Virus record (IMG/VR): IMGVR_UViG_3300022890_000011
Location: 1-64,000 of that record
From: a virus
Length of the DNA: 64,000 bases
Strand: one strand, 5' to 3'
Below the pieces are notes generated by a model that worked only from the letters and a program-made list of their open reading frames with translations, had not been told where the DNA came from and did no database searches. Shown here piece by piece: positions 61,627 through 64,000 of this stretch (position 1 is its first letter; every line of letters starts with the position of its first letter). A program made the translations under genes and the position numbers.

Positions 61627-62817
61627 ATGAAACATTTAAAAACATATGATGATTTAATAAATGAATCAATATTTGATTTTGGTTTTCTTAAAGGTGTTAA
61701 AGATTTTGTTTCAAATTTTTTTAGTGGAAAAGCAAATGCTAAAGAGATTACTATTAATTTAACAAATGCATTGAGAAATTATCAAAAAGAAGTATTACAC
61801 AATCCTTATAAACTTGATAGATTATCTATTAATAGTATGTTGAAAAAAATTAAAGATATAGTTGGTGAAGAATTATTAATTGATCTTAATTTAGATTCAT
61901 TTTTCAGGGGACTTTATAGTGTATCTGTTTTAAAAGGAGATAGACATGAAAATATTATAGATTATTTCAATTCTTATATTGATTTATTATCACAAAGAGT
62001 ACAAAAATTATATAAGAAAAAGAAAGATGTTGATTATGAAGAAGAAGAATTTGAAGAAGTAAAAAAATTGAAGAAAAAAGCCATTCAAAAAATGACTAAT
62101 AAAGAGTTTAGAAAGAAAAAAACTCCTCTTCAAATTGAATTATTAAAATTACAAAATTGGTTATATAGAAAAGATAAAAGATTAGCTGTTCTTTTTGAAG
62201 GTAGAGATGCTGCAGGAAAAGGTTCAGCAATCAAGACCATTATTGAATTTCTAGACCCAAAATTATTTAAAGTGGCTACGTTTGGTATACCAACAGAAGA
62301 AGAAAAATTAAATTGGTTTGAAAGATATACTAAGAAATTACCAAAACCTGGTAAAATATCATTTTTTGATAGAAGTTGGTATAATAGAGCAGTAAATGAC
62401 CCTGTTATGGGTTATTGTACAAAAGAACAATATAATGAATTTATAGAAGAAGTTATTCCATTTGAAGATCAATTAATTGATAATGGATTATATTTATTTA
62501 AATTTTGGTTCTCAGTGAGCCAAGAAACTCAAGAATTAAGGTTTCAAATTAGACAAGCAAATCCATTAAAGACCTGGAAATTTAGTGAAAATGATTTATT
62601 AACTATGAATAAATGGGATAAATTTACAGCATATAAAGAGAGAATGTTTTTACAAACTTCTACAGAAAAATCACCTTGGGTAATTGTTGATTCTAATGAT
62701 AAGAAATTGGCTCAAATTAACATAATGAAATATATTTTAGAACAGATACCATATAAAAATAAAGATGTTAAAAGAGTTGGTCATCCATTACCAGAAATCG
62801 TAATACCTTTGAAATGA
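61627..62817 (+). CDS. ppk2: Polyphosphate kinase 2 with an N-terminal leader-tagged extension
   Basis: LQIELLKLQ, FEGRDAAGKG, FDRSWYNRA, KFWFSVS, WKFS; start MKHLKTYDDLINE at 61627. Confidence 0.93.
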   Translation: MKHLKTYDDLINESIFDFGFLKGVKDFVSNFFSGKANAKEITINLTNALRNYQKEVLHNPYKLDRLSINSMLKKIKDIVGEELLIDLNLDSFFRGLYSVSVLKGDRHENIIDYFNSYIDLLSQRVQKLYKKKKDVDYEEEEFEEVKKLKKKAIQKMTNKEFRKKKTPLQIELLKLQNWLYRKDKRLAVLFEGRDAAGKGSAIKTIIEFLDPKLFKVATFGIPTEEEKLNWFERYTKKLPKPGKISFFDRSWYNRAVNDPVMGYCTKEQYNEFIEEVIPFEDQLIDNGLYLFKFWFSVSQETQELRFQIRQANPLKTWKFSENDLLTMNKWDKFTAYKERMFLQTSTEKSPWVIVDSNDKKLAQINIMKYILEQIPYKNKDVKRVGHPLPEIVIPLK

Positions 62818-63230
62818 AATATTTAAAAAAATTTGAAGATATTATTACTACTACTTATGATAATATTGATATACCTATTGATTATACAGATGATATATTA
62901 TTTGATTTAGATTTTGAAACATTTAAATCAGTTTTAAATCTTATAAATATTGGTAGGCCACTTAATGCTTTAAAAAGTATTAAACATAAATTAGATTATG
63001 GTTTAAAACAATGCAAAGATTTGATGGGGAGAATGTGTTCTCTATTAGGTTATGATAGATTTAATATTAAATCTAATGAAAATGATCAATTTAATTATCA
63101 AGATGAAATAATAGATAAATATCCAGAATTAATATCATTAATTAGTAATTCAGAAAGATTTAATTTATTACCAGAAATAAGAGAAATATATGATGATTTA
63201 ATTCAAGGAAGTGAGTTGGGATTATTGTAA
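62814..63230 (+). CDS. Doubly tagged protein with an L7/L12-CTD-like motif
   Basis: MKYLKKFE; LNALKSIK...YGLKQCKDLM; ends IQGSELGLL. Confidence 0.72.
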   Translation: MKYLKKFEDIITTTYDNIDIPIDYTDDILFDLDFETFKSVLNLINIGRPLNALKSIKHKLDYGLKQCKDLMGRMCSLLGYDRFNIKSNENDQFNYQDEIIDKYPELISLISNSERFNLLPEIREIYDDLIQGSELGLL

Positions 63231-63270
63231 TTTTAAAATTTAATATATAATAAAAAATTAACGAAATATA

Positions 63271-64000
63271 ATGAAAGAATTAAAAAATCTATCAAGTTAT
63301 AAAGATTTCTTATTAGAAGCTACAAATACTTATCAAGTTAAATGTAATGATAAAGTAACTGGTTCATTAGGAAATTATAAAGATACATTAAAAGTTTTTA
63401 AACAATCTTGTGAAGGTGGTAAAGATGGTGATGAAATTCAAATGATAAAAATTAAAGATAATAAAGGTAAAGATGTTAATGTTGTTAGTAAAACTAAAAC
63501 TATTGGAGGATCATCTAAGAAAGATACTAAAACAAAAGATGTTAGTTCAACTTCTATGTCAAAATCAACAAAAAATGTTGGTGTTGGTGAATTTAAGAAA
63601 GCATTAAAAGATCAATTATTAGATTTATTTGAACCACCTGCAAAAGATGTTAAATATGAATATGATAATGAAGGTAAACCAATTAAGATTACTTGTTTAG
63701 TAAATGCTAAAGATTGTGTTAATAAAATTAATCCAGATGAACAATTAAAAAATTTCAGTTTTGGTGTAAGTAAGAAAAAACCTTATTTAGTTACAGTTGG
63801 AAATGTTATCGTTGATGATGAAACAACAAGTAAAGCTAAAGATTCAGTTGTAACAAGTGGTGATGCAGCAGATAAAGATAGAATTTATAAAATTTCTTAT
63901 CCTATTTCTTATAAATCGAATAAAGAATTTGGTAAGAAGAAAGAAGAATTAGAAAGAAATTTTGATAAAGATTCATCACCACAATTAAAATCTAAGTTAA
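63271..64000 (+). CDS. Partial leader-tagged protein (runs off the window)
   Basis: MKELKNLSSYKDFLLEA...; TTAATATATA at 63240. Confidence 0.65.
   Translation, partial: MKELKNLSSYKDFLLEATNTYQVKCNDKVTGSLGNYKDTLKVFKQSCEGGKDGDEIQMIKIKDNKGKDVNVVSKTKTIGGSSKKDTKTKDVSSTSMSKSTKNVGVGEFKKALKDQLLDLFEPPAKDVKYEYDNEGKPIKITCLVNAKDCVNKINPDEQLKNFSFGVSKKKPYLVTVGNVIVDDETTSKAKDSVVTSGDAADKDRIYKISYPISYKSNKEFGKKKEELERNFDKDSSPQLKSKL

Noticed and set aside
1-64000. Stop-codon reassignment (code 15/4) as in some megaphages
   Set aside because: Known enzymes are full length in code 11; the breaks seen are frameshifts, not in-frame TAG/TGA.
1-64000. tRNA/rRNA genes
   Set aside because: No GC-rich cloverleaf or rRNA-like segment recognised in the short intergenic gaps; not verified with tRNAscan.

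Overview
Very AT-rich, densely coding segment of a large (jumbo/mega) tailed-phage genome in standard code 11. The host is probably Bacteroidota: there are no Shine-Dalgarno sites, and TAnnTTTG promoter boxes are present. DNA and nucleotide metabolism genes include the N-terminal half of a split family-B DNA polymerase, two RuvC-like paralogs, RNase H, ThyA, a 5'-truncated GMP reductase/IMPDH-like gene, Dam and PPK2. RNA repair genes are Thg1-like and Tpt1/KptA. Other elements are an IS200/IS605 element (tnpA+tnpB), three homing-endonuclease-like genes and a virion block (tape-measure-like, baseplate-like, YadA-repeat fibre). Unexplained structure: (1) about 28 unrelated proteins share an N-terminal MK(Y/H)LKT(Y/F)E or MKxFxxFLNE leader resembling the T4 internal-protein capsid-targeting sequence, and about 16 share a C-terminal (A/G)xK(M/L)GL(L/M/Y/I/F) tag. 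Many sit in a translationally coupled tandem array (14.9-19.3 kb) with variable cargo. (2) A second, non-overlapping RKxKL C-terminal tag class. (3) An integron-like gene cassette bounded by two attC-like sites with swapped, complementary core boxes (10.58-10.94 kb). (4) A TTAATATATA putative late promoter. (5) Strong [S/T]GxT motif enrichment in virion proteins next to a sulfotransferase. All calls come from reading motifs by eye; no searches were run.
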